A stretch of DNA of 62,874 nt from assembly GCF_004010195.1 (NCBI RefSeq), contig NC_057719.1, forward strand, positions 28,629,153-28,692,026, read 5' to 3'. The notes under the pieces were generated by a model. It worked only from the letters and a program-made list of their open reading frames with translations, ran no database searches and was not told where the DNA came from. This stretch comes from Chiloscyllium plagiosum. Its lineage: Eukaryota. Below are positions 26,712-38,237 of this stretch, piece after piece. The translations under genes and the position numbers were made by a program. Every line of letters begins with the position of its first letter. Position 1 is the first letter of the stretch.

Positions 26712-27244
26712 AAAATATATAGCTGACTGACCAAAATATGTAAAGTTCATTCAGCAAGTCACCAACACATCACAAGACTTTGATAGGAATACGTAGAAGT
26801 GAAGAACAGACATCAGAGGGAGTGCAAACTTCCAAATAACCCTATATACCAGCCCTTTAGGCACTTGCTATCTTGTATACGGCAGAAGATTATGCATAGG
26901 ACTTATCAAGCCTTCTCAGAATTTAACAACCAGTTAAAGCAAGTCAGTAAGGATATAGATGAAACATAAATGATAAGTGATCTAAAAGTAAAGAGTTCTC
27001 ATTTTCATGAAAAAAAAGAGCATTGTATTGTATAATAATTTCTAGAGGACCAGGACTAGTCAGAGTTGATAGGTTCGCGTTAAAGGGCATAGTAAAGACA
27101 ATATCCAGCAGAGACTAGCTAAATCAACTGTGCTTACTAATCTAACATTTGACGAATCTAACTGATTCCTGTTGACAAGCTAGAGTATTGTCCCTCACAT
27201 TTACTTACAAGTAATTCAATGCAGATATTTTCTAATAAACCCAT

Positions 27245-27341
27245 TCAGAGATGTTGTTACAAGCCTCTGGAGCAGGTGGAACTTGAACTCAGACCTCCTG
27301 GCTCAGAGGTATGGACACTACTCCTGCATCATAAGAGCCCT
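27245..27341 (-). mobile_element. Short tRNA-derived SINE head (second copy about 28964-29048)
   Basis: Both copies read on minus gggctcttat(g/a)...gagccaggag...g(a/g)gttcaagt..cacctg.tccaga. Confidence 0.65.
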
Positions 27342-27571
27342 TAGTAGTTCAATGCAACCAAAAGGCTTCACCTGCAGAAAAACAATTGGTGGAATGAGTC
27401 AAATTGCTGGGATTCTTAATTAAGTCAAAGTAGGTGAGGACATGCTCTCCAATTATAATATCACAGCATTTTTTTCATTCCTACATAAAGTCTTGAAAGC
27501 TGGCCTCATTCAGTCTGTATAGAAGAAATGTAAAAGAACTACGCAATTTGTTCTGTCAAAAATTTGGATTA

Positions 27572-27794
27572 GCGCTGAAAATGTGTTGCTGGAAAAGCGC
27601 AGCAGGTCAGGCAGCATCCAGGGAACAGGAGAATCGACGTTTCGGGCATAAGCCCTTCTTCAGGAATGAAAAGAAGGGCTTATGCCCGAAACGTCGATTC
27701 TCCTGTTCCCTGGATGCTGCCTGACCTGCTGCGCTTTTCCAGCAACACATTTTCAGCTCTGATCTCCAGCATCTGCAGACCTCACTTTCTCCTC
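27572..27794 (+). mobile_element. Palindromic Penelope-like element (family A) with 16-bp TSD
   Basis: Perfect 87-bp inverted arms 27574-27660 and 27671-27757 with a 10-nt spacer; TSD tcaaaaatttggatta at 27556-27571 and 27793-27808. Confidence 0.88.
27633..27667 (-). ncRNA. Minimal type I hammerhead ribozyme motif
   Basis: Minus strand attc-CTGAAGA-a-GGGC-ttat-GCCC-GAAA-CGTC-gat; palindromic ACGT replaces helix III. Confidence 0.78.
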
Positions 27795-29379
27795 AAAAAT
27801 TTGGATTACTCAAGTACAAGTAACTATAAAATCTATTAAAGTTTAAGAGGTCTACTAGGTTTTATCTATTAGCTAAATAGACCAGAACTATTACATGACA
27901 TCAGATTACAACCCACATTTAGTATTAATTTAATCTTCAGAATTATTCAAATGAAACAATTGCAAATGGAGAAGGAAATGGGGGATGGGGAAAGACAGTG
28001 AGAGATGAGGTATAATGCGCATAGATATTTACCTATTATAATAAATAGAAGAATGCTGTTTGATAAAATAGTAAAAAACCTACATGAATTTCCACTTGCA
28101 TTATTTCATTTTCACTGCAAAAATTCATTTTTTACTGAAAGTCTCCCAATGGGTAAGTTTTATGCTTTATGTATACTCTAACAGAAGATAGCTAACTGGA
28201 TGAATGAATACATGCAAAATTCTTAAATTTGAAAACAATGGCAGTAAAGCAAAATAGTACTGCTCTCTATTATAAAATCTACAGTCATGTACAATGAGAA
28301 AATAGCAACCTGATCCACTATTGTTTTAATTATCTCAGTCAATACTACTTTTGAAAGAGTACTGACCATCACAAATCTCTTTCACACACATTGTAGCACA
28401 GTGTTTATTATGGGTTTAAATGTGCCCTGTAAACACTTGCACTAATAAATCTGTAGTCTTGCAAGCTTTCAAAGCAGTTGTTTCTCAAATTTCATAGCTT
28501 CTCTCAACCATAAAACTGTCAAGTTGCTTCAAAGATGGAAAATTGAGGTCAACATCATTCTGTTTTTACCCTCCTTTCTTCTCTCTATATAGTAGATAAA
28601 GCCTAATATATCATGCCAACTTCTGAAATAAAGTAGGACACTTCCAGTTTTCTTCACATGAAAGGGAACCAGAAAAAGTGACAATGTTTGATAGATCTAA
28701 GCCAGTGTCTACATTCTTTTGTTCAAAATTACAGAAATATTATCCCCCACTCTGAACAGTTTAGAAGTATTTTTAAATAATGTACAAAAATAATGTTCAA
28801 AACTAGTTTCTGTACCAGCGGCTAAAAAAAAAGCAATAAGCTAAAGTTACCAAATTACTCAGAATAGAAGTAATTTTTTTGTTATGCTTGATACTTGACT
28901 ACTCTTTAGGTGCTATGTTTCCTTCCTGTTTCCCCTGTTAAAAACAATTTTCTAATCAATCTGTCAGAGATGTTATTAGAGATGTCTGGAACAGGTGGGA
29001 CTTGAACCCAGGTCTCCTGGCTCAAAGATTACAGCACTATAAGAGCCCGTGTTAGCTGATTCTTTCTTTGGAAAAGGTTCTCTCTTCTTGTCTGTGGTAC
29101 CCCTCTCTGCTATTGTCAGTACATTCCTCAAAAGCAAATAAAGTCCTTGCTCCTTACATCCATGATAATTACCCACACCCAGCCTTCCATTCCTCTTCAA
29201 AGACCTTAGAATGTGCCATGACCTCCAACATCGATGCCATCTTTTTTGGAACTCCACATCTGATCATGCCCAATGAGATTTTTATTCCAGCACAATACCA
29301 GAATGTTCAGCTGTGGGACCATGTCAAACTTAAGACGTCTTTTTCAACCTGTCTACACCACCCATTCTTTTCGAACATA

Positions 29380-29538
29380 CAGAGGAACCTTGATTATCCA
29401 AAGGACAAGAGCAGGGAATATTTGACTCGGTTAATTGAATGCTGGATAACATAGTTAGCCAAGCGTCGGGACCTTGCGATTTTGTTCGGATAATCCAAAA
29501 TTCGGTTAATCGAATGCCGAATTATCAAGGTTCCTCTG
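29380..29538. mobile_element. Tc1/mariner (pogo/Tigger-like) MITE, 159 bp
   Basis: Perfect 15-bp TIRs cagaggaaccttgat / atcaaggttcctctg; TA on both sides (29378-79, 29539-40). Confidence 0.88.
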
Positions 29539-29639
29539 TATCGTTATTATTGTCTAGCTGGGTGGGTCTGCACTTGCTTGATTTGGTTCTTTGCTATTCA
29601 ATTATATCCAGAGAATACTTTCAGTAGTTTTTGTTCCTA

Positions 29640-30950
29640 ACTCTGCATCTTTACCTCTGGTGTCACACAAGGAACAATTGTTGACTTCCTCATTTTGTCA
29701 TCTGCATGCTGCCCTGAAAACATGATAACATCCAACTTGATCACACCACCAGCACATTGTCTCTCAACTGCAGACTTCTTCTCTGACATTTAATATCAAA
29801 TGAGTAGAAATTTCCCCAAGCTAAATATTGGAAAGACCAAAGCCATGGTCTCCGGTACAATCTCTTAAATTTGTTTCCTAGCGATTAGTTTGACTGCCCC
29901 TGGCAATTATCTAGGCTGAACCAGATGCTCAGAATCTTCATGTCATTCCTGATCCCAAGATGAGCTGCCAACAACATATCTGTGCCATCAATAAGAAAGT
30001 GCCCAACTCTGCCATGCTTCAGCTCATTTGCCACTGAAATCTTCATGCTTTTCTTACTTCCAGGCTTGATTATTCCAATGCAGTCCTGGCCAACCTATTG
30101 CATCCATCCAGTGTAAACTTGAGGTCACTCAAACATCTGCTGCTGTATATTTACTCATAGCAAATGCCATTCACTCATTGCTTCTGTGTTCACTGAAATA
30201 CACTGTCTCTCAGTTAAACATTTACAATCACATCTTCAAATTCCTCCACTGCCTCACCACTCCTATTTTTGTAACCTCCTCAAGCTCTCCAACTCTCAGA
30301 GATATCTGAGCTCTGCCAATGAGCGCTCTGCACTTCAATTATTCTACTAATAGGGTTGCCAATTGGACTAAATGGAGGTTTCATCAGTAACTAGCCCCCA
30401 AGCTTCAGTGTTAGTTGACCAATACATCCATCCTTGTGACACACTGCTTTCCTATAACATTGGAAAAGCAAGATGACTTATTGCTCAATTAGATGATGCT
30501 CAATTATCAGAGAAACAATCTTTCTTTCAACTCTCTTTCTATTACTTCATATAAATTATTGACAAAGAGAGATTTTCAAAGGAAATAACAAAAAAAACAA
30601 ATCTTTTTTAATGTCTGATTTTTTTTCCTTCAGGATTGCACACAACAGCATGCTGGAAGTTGATCTTTAATTCCTGGAAACCCCAGACTATCGTGAGGAG
30701 TCGACAATCACATCCAACATTGGTTGCTGTGTCTTCAGTTGCCTAGCCCACAAGCTCTGGAAAACATCCAGAAATCTCATCATCACCTTGAAGTAACTTC
30801 CCTTCTTTTAAGGTGCTCCTTCAATCTCTTTCTTCAATGAATCACTTGGTCAAATGTCCTAATTTTTCATTTGGCTTAGTGTTAAGTTTTAAATAACAAC
30901 TGTTGCGTTTGGATGCATTACTATTTTAAAGGAATTATATGTCAAGTATA
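29640..30950 (+). mobile_element. L2-clade LINE remnant
   Basis: ggtgtcacacaagga (GVTQG), aagctaaatattggaaagaccaaagcc (KLNIGKTKA), aggcttgattattccaatgcagtcctg (RLDYSNAVL). Confidence 0.7.
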
Positions 30951-31309
30951 TAAAGACAAAATGTCATTTTGCATTTTAGTAGTGCAGCCAACAGCCAAAG
31001 TATGTAGAATTCAACTTGTCACACAAACTTTAAATTTTGATTGCATCAATTGGTAACCAATTGTTCCTAGACCTTAATAGAAAGCGGACACAGATTCAAA
31101 AACACCACTCCTATCAGGCACCAGATGGACAGCATTACAGCAGCATTGAATGAGAGTGCAAATTGGGAAACATAGTGAAATGCAGTAACAACAGTGATAT
31201 CCCAAAGTTTTCAGTCACACACATTTCTGGGTAACTATAAATGCAACCTTGCCAGCATTACCCATATGCCAAGAAGAAAAGCTAAACTAACACCGCAACA
31301 TATAATAAG

Positions 31310-32204
31310 GTGATACAACAGACCTCCTAACAGCCAGCAGGAGATAGAGGGACAGGTACGTAGACAGATTATGGAAAGCTGTAAAAACAACAGGTAGGTG
31401 TAATGGGTAATTTTAACTTTCCCAAATCAATAGGAACTCTTTTAGCACCAGGTGTTTACAGAGGAACTTTGATTATCCGGCATTCGATTAACCAAATTTT
31501 GGATGATCTGAGTAACATGGCAAGGTCCCGATGTGTGGCTAACTATGTTATCTGGCATCGATTATCCAGCATTCAATTAACTGAATGAAATACTGCCCGC
31601 CCGCGTCCTGCAGAAAATCGAGATCCCTCCCTTTCTATTATGGTCTAGGAACAATTGGTTACCAATTGATGCAATCAAGATTTAAAGTAGATGGGATAGA
31701 ATCTGTTAGGTGCATCCAGGAGATTTTCTTAAAATAACACATAGATAGTCTAACGAGGGAAGGGTCATACTAAATATTGCATTGGGGAAGGAATTTGGCC
31801 AGATGATCAAAGTTTCAGAGGGGGAGAAATTTGGGAATAGTGATCATAATTCCTTTTCAGATTCTCATGGAAATGCATAAGGATAGACCTCGTGTGAAAG
31901 TGCTAAATTGGGGAAAGTTTATTACAATAGCAGTAGGAGGGAACCAGAGAAATTAGATTGGGGGCAGGGGGAAGAGCTGTTTATATGAAAATATAGGTGG
32001 TCTGATTACCAAGTTTGTAAACAACATGCAAATTGGAGGAGTTGTGGACAGTGAGGAAGACTGTCAAAGTTTAGTTGAAAAACTGGGTGGAGAAATGGTA
32101 GGTGGAGTTTAATCTGGACAAGCGTGAGGTGATGTACTTTACGAGGTCAAATGCAAGAGATAAGTAGACAGTAAATGGAAGGAGGCTTAGGATGTATTAA
32201 GGGA
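31310..32204 (+). mobile_element. Old CR1 LINE, 5' part (continues about 38800-38856 and 39377-39940)
   Basis: MGNFNFP (GDFN variant), FGNSDHNS, KVLNWGK, KFVNNMQIGGVVDSEED; the RT C-terminus resumes after the nested inserts. Confidence 0.75.
31459..31630. mobile_element. Second copy of the Tc1/mariner MITE, opposite orientation, right TIR damaged
   Basis: TA-cagaggaactttgattatccggcattcgattaacc...; internal sequence is the reverse complement of 29380-29538. Confidence 0.8.
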
Positions 32205-33146
32205 TAGAGTCATAGAGATGTACAGCACGGAAACAGACCCTTTGGTCCAACCCGTCCATGCCGACCACACATCCCAATCCAATCTAGTCCCACCGGCCAG
32301 CACCCGGCCCATATCCCTCCAAACCCTTCCTAATCATATAACCATCCAAATGCCTCCAAATCCAAATCCAAATGTATAACATTGATATACAGTTAAATCT
32401 TAAATAAATGATAACCAAAATCTATCAAACAAGAAAACAGAAATACCAAGAGATAAAATAAAGGACAAAAATTCAACTAACTACTCATCTAACTTACAAC
32501 TAACCAGAGTGTATCATTAAAATTCTTACATTGTTCAAGAGAAAATAAAAATCCAACGGATAACACATAAATTGAGCAGTGATATACACGCTCGGAATGT
32601 GTTAACATCAGATCACAACAAACCCGTATTTATCCAAAACAGCCCGAGCATAGAGCATATAAAATTCACAAAAATAAAAGCTCTTTAGTACATTCAGATC
32701 AATATAATGAAAAAAAAACCATTTCTAAATAGTAAAAAAAAGTATAAAACGTATTTAAATGGAGATCTTCCCCCTTATTCCCAGGGGGCATCACTTCCTT
32801 TCCAAAAAAACCCATCATAACCTCTCCCAAACAGTGCTCCACCCTTGACCCAGGCACCCCACGATAAGATAAAGAAAATTCAAGTATACTACTGAACTAG
32901 AACTAACAGTGAGTACCCTATCCCCCACCACACCCCCACCCACACCAACACCTGCATATATTTGGTAATGTTAATACCATATACGAACATATATGACTAT
33001 AAAATTACAGTCTCAGCAAATAATAATTAAATTTTGTTATATTAATACAAAATAACAGGGGAAAGCAACCCCACTCTCAAGGATAAAGAAAAAATAAGAT
33101 AAGGTAGCCACCTTCGCCCCATCTACATTAATTAGACCCCTTGGCC

Positions 33147-33147
<1 letters not shown>

Positions 33148-33178
<31 letters not shown>

Positions 33179-33182
33179 TATA
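33148..33182. repeat. (TA)n microsatellite; poly-G tract nearby at 33295-33309
   Basis: Directly visible. Confidence 0.95.
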
Positions 33183-33340
33183 AAAAAGGGGGGAAAGGAA
33201 ATTATTAAGTAAAGGATGAATAAATAATCCCTTCTTCCCACTCCCCGGAGATAATATTAAATAGTAAGATAGTGAAAGGAAAAAAAAAACGGTTGGGGGG
33301 GGGGGGGGGTAGACCGGGGTGGGGGTAGGGCAAAACAACA

Positions 33341-34186
33341 TCAATTAACTCTTATAGTTTGTCTAAGAGAGTCCAAAAGTTCCTTGGCCTTCTCTGGTGA
33401 TCCGAAGTTAAACACGGACCCTTCATGGCTAAAGCGTAGTATAGCTGGGTAGCGCAAGGAGTATTGAATGTTTAAATCCCTTAAACACTTCTTTGCTTCA
33501 TCAAACGCCTTCCTCTTTCAAACCAAAGCTAGGGAAAAGTCCTGAAATAACTTAATCTTTATGAGTCATGGCTTGTGGATCTTTCCCAAGATTTCTGGAG
33601 GCTTCCAAAAGCATCTGCCTCACCTTATAGCTCTGCAGCCGGAACAGGACTGGGCGGCGGCACTGGTTCAAGCCAGGCCCGCGTATTGCGACCTGGTAAG
33701 CCCGTTCCAACCTTACCTGGCCTGATCCAGCCTTCAGATTCAATAACTGCGGAAACCACTGTTCAAGGAACCTTGTAAACTGGCCTTCTTCTTCCCATTC
33801 GGGAAGGCCCAGCAAACGAATATTTTTTCGACGACCTCGATTCTCGAGGTTGTCAATGTGATTCTCTAAGGTCCGGACTTGCTGCTCGAGAGTCCGGACC
33901 CGATCCACGGCTGATTCTGCAATGGCCTCGGAGGTCGTGGCCTTTAGCTCCGCCCCTCCGACACGGCATTCAATTTCTTCGATGTCTCGGCCATACTTCG
34001 GGACTCTTCGATGAAAGCATCGATCTTCACGTCGAATTTGGAGATTATTTCCACGAGGCTCGCCACCGTAGGTAAGTCCCCCGGGGCGGCTGCGGACGCC
34101 CCAGCTGTAGCTGGGGAGGGTGGGGGAGGGGCTCCTATCTGCTGAGAGCTCCGGGCTCCTTTCTCCCCCCCCCCCCACCGAGTCAT
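33341..34186 (-). pseudogene. L1-type ORF1p (coiled coil, RRM, CTD; Transposase_22-like) with two frameshifts and one TGA
   Basis: Heptad region VRTLEQQVRTLENHIDNLENRGRRKNIRLLGLPE, LERAYQV, RPVLFRLQSYKVRQMLL, then KIKLFQDFSLALV*KRKAFDEAKK..YSLRYPAILRF..FGSPEKAKELL. Confidence 0.9.
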
Positions 34187-36628
34187 TTTTACAGGAGACT
34201 GAACTACATAAATTTAGTACTAAACCACTAATTACATTAAATAAAAACTATTTTTAGTTGATTTGGTGAGTGTGGTGGGGGAGGGTGGCCCACTTTGCCT
34301 AGGCCTTGGGAGGAGCACTATAGACTCAGACTTGCTGAGTCACCGCCATCTTGGATCTCCCAAATGCCTCTTAAATGTTGCAATTGTTCCAGCCTCCATC
34401 ACTTCCTCTGGCAGCTCATTCCATAAACATACCACCCTGTGTGTGAAACGATTGCCCCTTAGGTCTCTTTTATATCTTTCCCCTCTCACCCTAAACCTAT
34501 GCCCTATAGTTCTGGACTCCCCGACCCCAGGAAAAAGACTTTGTCTGACCATGCCCCTCATAATTTTGTAAAATAAGGTTACTCCTCAGCCTCCGACACT
34601 CCAGGGAAAACAGCCCCAGCTTGTTCAGCCTTTCCCTATAGCTCAGATCCTTCAATGCTGGTTACATCCTTGTAAATCTTTTCTGAACCCTTTCAAGTTT
34701 CACAACATCTTTCCGATAGGAAGGAGACGAGAATTGCAAGCAATATTCCAATAGTGGCCTAACCAATGTCCTGTACAACCACAACCAATGACCTCCCAAC
34801 TCCTATACTCAATATTCTAACCAATAAAAGAAAGCAGATCAAACCACTGCCTTCACTATCCTATCTACCTGCAATTCCACTTTCAAGGAGCTATGAACCT
34901 GCACTCCAAGGTCTCTTTGTTCAGCAACACTCCCTAAGACCTTACCATTAAGTGTATAAGTCCTGCTAAGATTTGCTTCCCCAACATACAGCACCTCGCA
35001 TTTATCTGAATTAAACTTCATCTGCCACTTCTCAGTCCACTGGCCCATCTGCCCCAGATCCTGAGGTAACCCTCTTCACTTTCCACTACACCTCCAACTT
35101 TGGTGTTATCTGCAAACTTACTAACTGTACTTCTTATGCTCGCATCCAAATCATTTATGTAAATGACAAAAGGTAGAGGACCCAGCACTCCGCTGGTCAC
35201 AGGCCTCCAGTCTGAAAAACAACCCTCCACCTCGACCCTCTGTCTTCTACCTTTGAGCCAGTTCTGTATCCAAATGGCTAATTCTTCCTATATTCCATGA
35301 GATCTAACCTTGCTAATCAGTCTCCCATGAGGAAGCTTGTCGAATACCTTACTGAGGTCCATATAGATCACATCTACTGCTCTGCTTTCATCAATCCTCT
35401 TTGTCACTTCCTCAAAAAACTCAATCAAGTTTGTGAGACATGATTTTCCATGCACAAAGCTATATTGACTATCCCGAATCAGTCCTTGCCTTTCCAAATA
35501 TGCGTACAGCCTGTCCCTCAGGATTCTCTCCAATAACTTGCCCACCATCAACGTCAGGCTCACTGGTCTATAGTTCCCTGGCTTGTCCTTACCACTTCTT
35601 AAACAGTGGCACGTTAGCCAACCTCCTGTCTTCCAGCATCTCACCTGTGACTATCGATGGTACAAATATCTCAGCGAGGCCCAGCAATCACATCTCTAGC
35701 TTCCCACAGAGTTCTAGGGTACACCTGATCAGGTCCTGGGGATTTATCCACCTTTATGTGTTTCCAGACATCCAGCACTTCCTCCTCTGTAATATGGACA
35801 TTTTGAAAGGTGTCACCATCTATTTCCCTGCAGTCTTTATCTTCCATACCCATTTACACAGTAAATACTGACGCAACATACTCGTTTAGTATCTCTCCCA
35901 TTTTCTACAGCCCCACACAAAGGCCGCCTTGCTGATCTTTGAGGGGCCCTATTTTCTCCAGGTTACCCTTTTGTCCTTAACGTATTTGTACAAACACTTT
36001 GGATTCTCCTTAATTCTATTTGCCAAAGCTATCTCATGTCCTCTTTTTGCCCTCCAGATTTCCCTCTTAAGTATACTCCTACTTCCTTTATTCTCTTCTA
36101 AAGATTCACTCGTTCTATCCTGTCTATACCTTACATATGCTTCCTTCTTTTTCTTACCAAACACTCAATTTCTTTAGTCATCCAGCATTCCCTATACCTA
36201 CCAGTCTTCCCTTTCACCCTCACAGGAATATACTTTCTCTGGATTCTCGTTATCTCATCTCTGAAGGCTTCCCACTTTCCAGCCGTCCTTTTACCTGCGG
36301 ACATCTGCGTCCAATCAGTTTTCAAAAGTTCTTGTCTAATACCGTCAAAATTGGCCTTTCTCCAATTTAGAACTTCAACTTTTAGATCTGGTCTATCCTT
36401 TTCCATCACTATTAAGGTCGCTGACCCCAAAGTGCTCCCCCAATGACACCTCAGTCACACTGCCCTGCCTTATTTCCCAAGAGTAGATCAAGTTTTGCAC
36501 TTTTTCTAGTAAGGCCATTTACATACTGAATCAGAAAATTTTCTTGTACAGACTTAAAAAATTCCTCTCCATTCTAAACCCTTAACACTATGGCAGTCCC
36601 AGTCTATGTTTGGATAGTTAAAATCCCC

Positions 36629-36784
36629 GAGGAGAAAGTGAGGACTGCAGATGCTGGAGATCAGAGCTGAAAATGTGTTGCTGGAAAAGTGCAGCAGGTC
36701 AGGCAGCATCCAAGGAACAGGAGAATTGACGTTTCGGGCATAAGCCCTTCTTCAGGAATGAAGAAGGGGATGGTAGGGGATTTG
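36629..36784 (-). mobile_element. Penelope-like element (family A) inserted in the CR1 endonuclease, 12-bp TSD, intact hammerhead core at 36728-36755
   Basis: TSD gttaaaatcccc at 36617-36628 and 36785-36796; minus strand CTGAAGA-a-GGGC-ttat-GCCC-GAAACGTC. Confidence 0.85.
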
Positions 36785-37320
36785 GTTAAAATCCCCTACC
36801 ATAATCATCCTTTTAATTCTTACAGATAGCTGAGATCTCCTTACAAGTTTGTTTCTCAATTTCCCTCTATTAGGAGTCTATAATAAGGTGATCATCCCTT
36901 TCTTACTTCTCAGCTCCACCCAAATAACTTCCCTGGAAGTATTTCCGGAAATATCCTCCCTCAGCATAGCTGTAATGCTATCCCTTATCAAAAATGTCAC
37001 TCCCCCCTCCTCTCTTGCCTCCCTTTCTATCCCTTCCTGTAGCATTTGTATCTGGAACATTAAGCTGCCAGTCCCGCCCATCCCTGAGCCATGTTTCTGT
37101 AATTGCTATGATATCCCAGTCCCATGTTCCTAACCATGTCCTGAGTTCATCTGCCTTCCCTCTTAGGCCCCTTGCATTGAAATAAATGCAGTTTAATTTA
37201 TTAGTCCTACCTTGTCCCTGCCTGCCCTGAATGTTTAACTCGCTTCTGTTCTCAACTATATCAGTCTCAGATTGATCTCTTTCCTCATTATCTCCCTGGG
37301 TCACACCCCCCGACACCTTA

Positions 37321-38237
37321 CTAGTTTAAATCCTCCCAAGCAGCTCTAGCAAATCTCCCTGCCAGTATATTAGCCCCCTTCCAATTTAGGTGCAAGCAGT
37401 CCTTCTTGTACAGGAGTTTCCAATGATCCAAAAATGTGAATCCTTCTCCCATACACCAGCTCCTCAGCCATGCATTCATCTGCTCTATTCTCCTATTCCT
37501 GCCCTCACTGGCTTGTAGCACCAGGAGTAATCCAGATATTACTACTCTCAAGGACCTCCTTTTTAAATTCCTGCCTAATTCACTGTAATCTCCCTTCAGA
37601 ATCTCAACCTCTTCCCTTCCTATGTCGTTGGTTCCAATGTGGACAATGACCTCCTGCTGGCCGCGCTCCCCCTGCAGAACATTCTGCACCCTCTGAGACA
37701 TCCTTGATCCTGGCACCAGGGAAGCAACACACCATTCTGATTTTTCGCTGCTGGCCACAGAAATGTCTTGTCTGTACCTCGGACTAGAAAGTCCCCTAAC
37801 ACAATTGATATCTTGGAACTTGGCGTACCCCTTGTTGCATTAGAGCCAGTCTCGATACCAGAAACTTGGCTGTTCCTGCTACATTCCCCTAAGAATCCAT
37901 TACCACCTACATTTTCCAAAACAGCATACTTGTTTGAAATGGGTATAGCCACAAAAGATTCTTGCACTACCTGCATACCTCTTTTACCTTTCCTGGAGTT
38001 AACCCATCTACGTGACTGTATCTGAGATTTCCCCCCCTTCCTATAACTGCCATTCATCACACAGTGTTGCTGTTGCAAATTCCTCATTGCTTCTAACTGT
38101 CTCTCCAACCGATCCATTCGATCTGATAAAATTCACAACCAACAGCATTTATGGCAGATATAATACGCAGCAATCCTTAAACTCTCTTTAATCTCCCACA
38201 TCTGACAAGAAGTGCATATCACTCTACTAAAGGCCAT
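37321..38237 (-). pseudogene. CR1 ORF1: zinc finger, coiled coil and SGNH/GDSL-type esterase, disrupted
   Basis: MAFSRVICTSCQMW..YICHKC, MDRLERQLEAMR, IVLGDFLVRGTD, VIVHIGTNDIGR, DCLHLNWKGANILAGRF. Confidence 0.88.

Larger units (their letters stand above)
32357..34359 (-). mobile_element. ORF1-only L1-clade element (HAL1-like) or 3'-truncated L1, 2003 bp, 11-bp TSD
   Basis: TSD ccaaatgcctc at 32346-32356 and 34360-34370; 5' end GAGATCCAAGATGGCG; L1 ORF1p homolog; no ORF2 in the remaining ~985 bp. Confidence 0.85.

Noticed and set aside
27574..27757. miRNA gene or TIR DNA transposon
   Set aside because: One arm extends into a unique pLTR tail, the TSD is 16 bp, and single-arm copies occur elsewhere linked to a GIY-YIG ORF, so it is a PLE inversion.
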